From contig CAMYMC010000026.1 in NCBI GenBank assembly GCA_947259365.1, forward strand, positions 75,162 to 139,161: a DNA stretch of 64,000 nucleotides, written 5' to 3'. This DNA comes from an uncultured Acidimicrobiaceae bacterium. GTDB lineage: Bacteria; Actinomycetota; Acidimicrobiia; Spongiisociales; UBA5794. Made by a program: the position numbers and the translations under genes. The notes below the pieces were generated by a model. The model did not search any database, was not told the origin of the DNA, and saw only the letters and a program-made list of their open reading frames with translations. Of the stretch, positions 63,230 through 64,000 are shown piece by piece (within the stretch, counting starts at the first letter, position 1; each line of letters opens with the position of its first letter).

Positions 63230-64000
63230 TCAGAGCCGCCGAGCCACCGTCTTCATCTCCATGAAGAGCCGCAGGTAATCGGGGCCTCCCGCCTTCGCGT
63301 TCGAGCCCGACATGTCGAACCCGCCGAACGGCTGGATGCCGACGAGGGCGCCGGTGATCTTCCTGTTGATGTACAGGTTCCCGACGTGGAACTCGGCCCG
63401 GGCTCGCTCGATCCTCGCCTCGTCACGGCTGTAGAGACCGCCGGTGAGGCCGTACTCCGTCCCGTTGGCGACGGCGAGGCCCTCCTCGAAGTCGGCAACC
63501 CGGATCACCGACAGGACGGGACCGAAGATCTCGTGCTGGGCGAGCCGGGCGTCGGGTGTCACGTCGACGAAGACGGTCGGCTCGAGGTAGTAGCCGCCGT
63601 CGCGGTCGACGGCACTCCCGCCGAGGACGAGCTTCGCTTCGGAGCGACCCCGGTCGATCTCCTCGAGGATCGAACGGTGCTGGGCGGCGGTGATGACCGG
63701 CCCCATCGCGTGGTTCTCGGTGCCCGGGCCCAGGCCGAGGGCGGCGGCGGCCGCGACGACCCGCTCCACGAGCTCGTCGTGGACGGCGTCGACGGCGATG
63801 AGCCGGGAGCATGCCGAGCACTTCTGGCCCTGGAACCCGTAGGCGCTGCGGACGACGCCATCGGTCGCGGCCTCGAGATCGGCCGTCTCGTCGACGAGGA
63901 TCGCGTCCTTGCCCCCCATCTCCATGTAGGCACGCTTGAGCCAGCGCTGGCCGGGCTGGACCTTGGCGGCGCGCTCCGCGATGCGCAGCCCCACCTCCTT
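63230..64000 (-). CDS. aldehyde dehydrogenase family, L-glutamate gamma-semialdehyde (P5C) dehydrogenase-like; the 5' end lies beyond the window
   Basis: C-terminal 254 aa present. Catalytic Cys in FQGQKCSACSR and the ALDH Glu region. Confidence 0.7.
   Translation of the reverse strand, partial: KEVGLRIAERAAKVQPGQRWLKRAYMEMGGKDAILVDETADLEAATDGVVRSAYGFQGQKCSACSRLIAVDAVHDELVERVVAAAAALGLGPGTENHAMGPVITAAQHRSILEEIDRGRSEAKLVLGGSAVDRDGGYYLEPTVFVDVTPDARLAQHEIFGPVLSVIRVADFEEGLAVANGTEYGLTGGLYSRDEARIERARAEFHVGNLYINRKITGALVGIQPFGGFDMSGSNAKAGGPDYLRLFMEMKTVARRL

Noticed and set aside
1-64000. CRISPR arrays, tRNA/rRNA genes, IS elements, integrases, prophage genes
   Set aside because: No regularly spaced direct-repeat array, no cloverleaf-compatible 70-90-nt segments spotted by eye, and no transposase or integrase ORFs in the track. 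The absence of tRNAs is not proven without a dedicated scan.

Overview
High-GC (~70%) actinobacterial-type chromosomal segment carrying about 60 genes. I saw no rRNA, tRNA, CRISPR array, IS element or integrase. I did not run BLAST, HMM or other searches; domain/family assignments are from motif recognition and recall of family members (e.g. yeast Fcy1, E. coli AceB). All gene calls come from reading the six-frame ORF track together with the DNA, so true starts were re-derived where the track ORF is an upstream extension. Many track ORFs are GC-frame artefacts and are rejected below.

Main themes:
- (1) DNA-end processing. An AdnA/AdnB-like helicase-nuclease pair sits at 2.3-8.4 kb. A contiguous NurA-like/HerA-like/SbcD/SbcC operon in archaeal gene order sits at 24-30.5 kb.
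- (2) Pyrimidine reductive catabolism and salvage.
  - The catabolic genes are beta-ureidopropionase-like, class-III aminotransferase, dihydropyrimidinase and MmsA.
  - A yeast-Fcy1-type cytosine deaminase is translationally coupled to a family-III CoA-transferase.
  - A nucleoside hydrolase and ribokinase lie nearby.
  - No canonical dihydropyrimidine dehydrogenase is present; an adjacent F420-type LLM oxidoreductase is a candidate substitute.
- (3) A coupled RCK/USP regulator - CPA2 antiporter - small ORF - membrane protein - Dtd operon.
- (4) Glyoxylate shunt aceB-aceA with a divergent RamB-like regulator and a dyad operator candidate.
- (5) A LysR regulator divergent from an unannotated 55-aa gene that has a strong RBS and its own terminator.
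- (6) A BNR/Asp-box protein, a candidate 45-aa zinc-ribbon ORF, and a DUF1800/DUF1501 pair.
- (7) A copper/cytochrome-c cluster: Tat-lipoprotein YVTN beta-propeller, cytochrome c, PCuAC-like protein, CopC/D-like protein, CcdA. Upstream is a perfect CRP-type TGTGA-N6-TCACA site in an AT-rich patch.
- (8) A selenium-dependent-molybdenum-hydroxylase maturation operon (XdhC-YqeB-YqeC) coupled to a CGL-family PLP enzyme, lying next to a truncated Mo-bisPGD oxidoreductase remnant.

One recurring feature is 4-nt start/stop overlaps (GTGA or ATGA) at many gene junctions. The candidates I consider most likely to be new are the NurA-HerA-SbcDC operon, the copper beta-propeller cluster, and the selenium/molybdenum maturation operon with its PLP enzyme.
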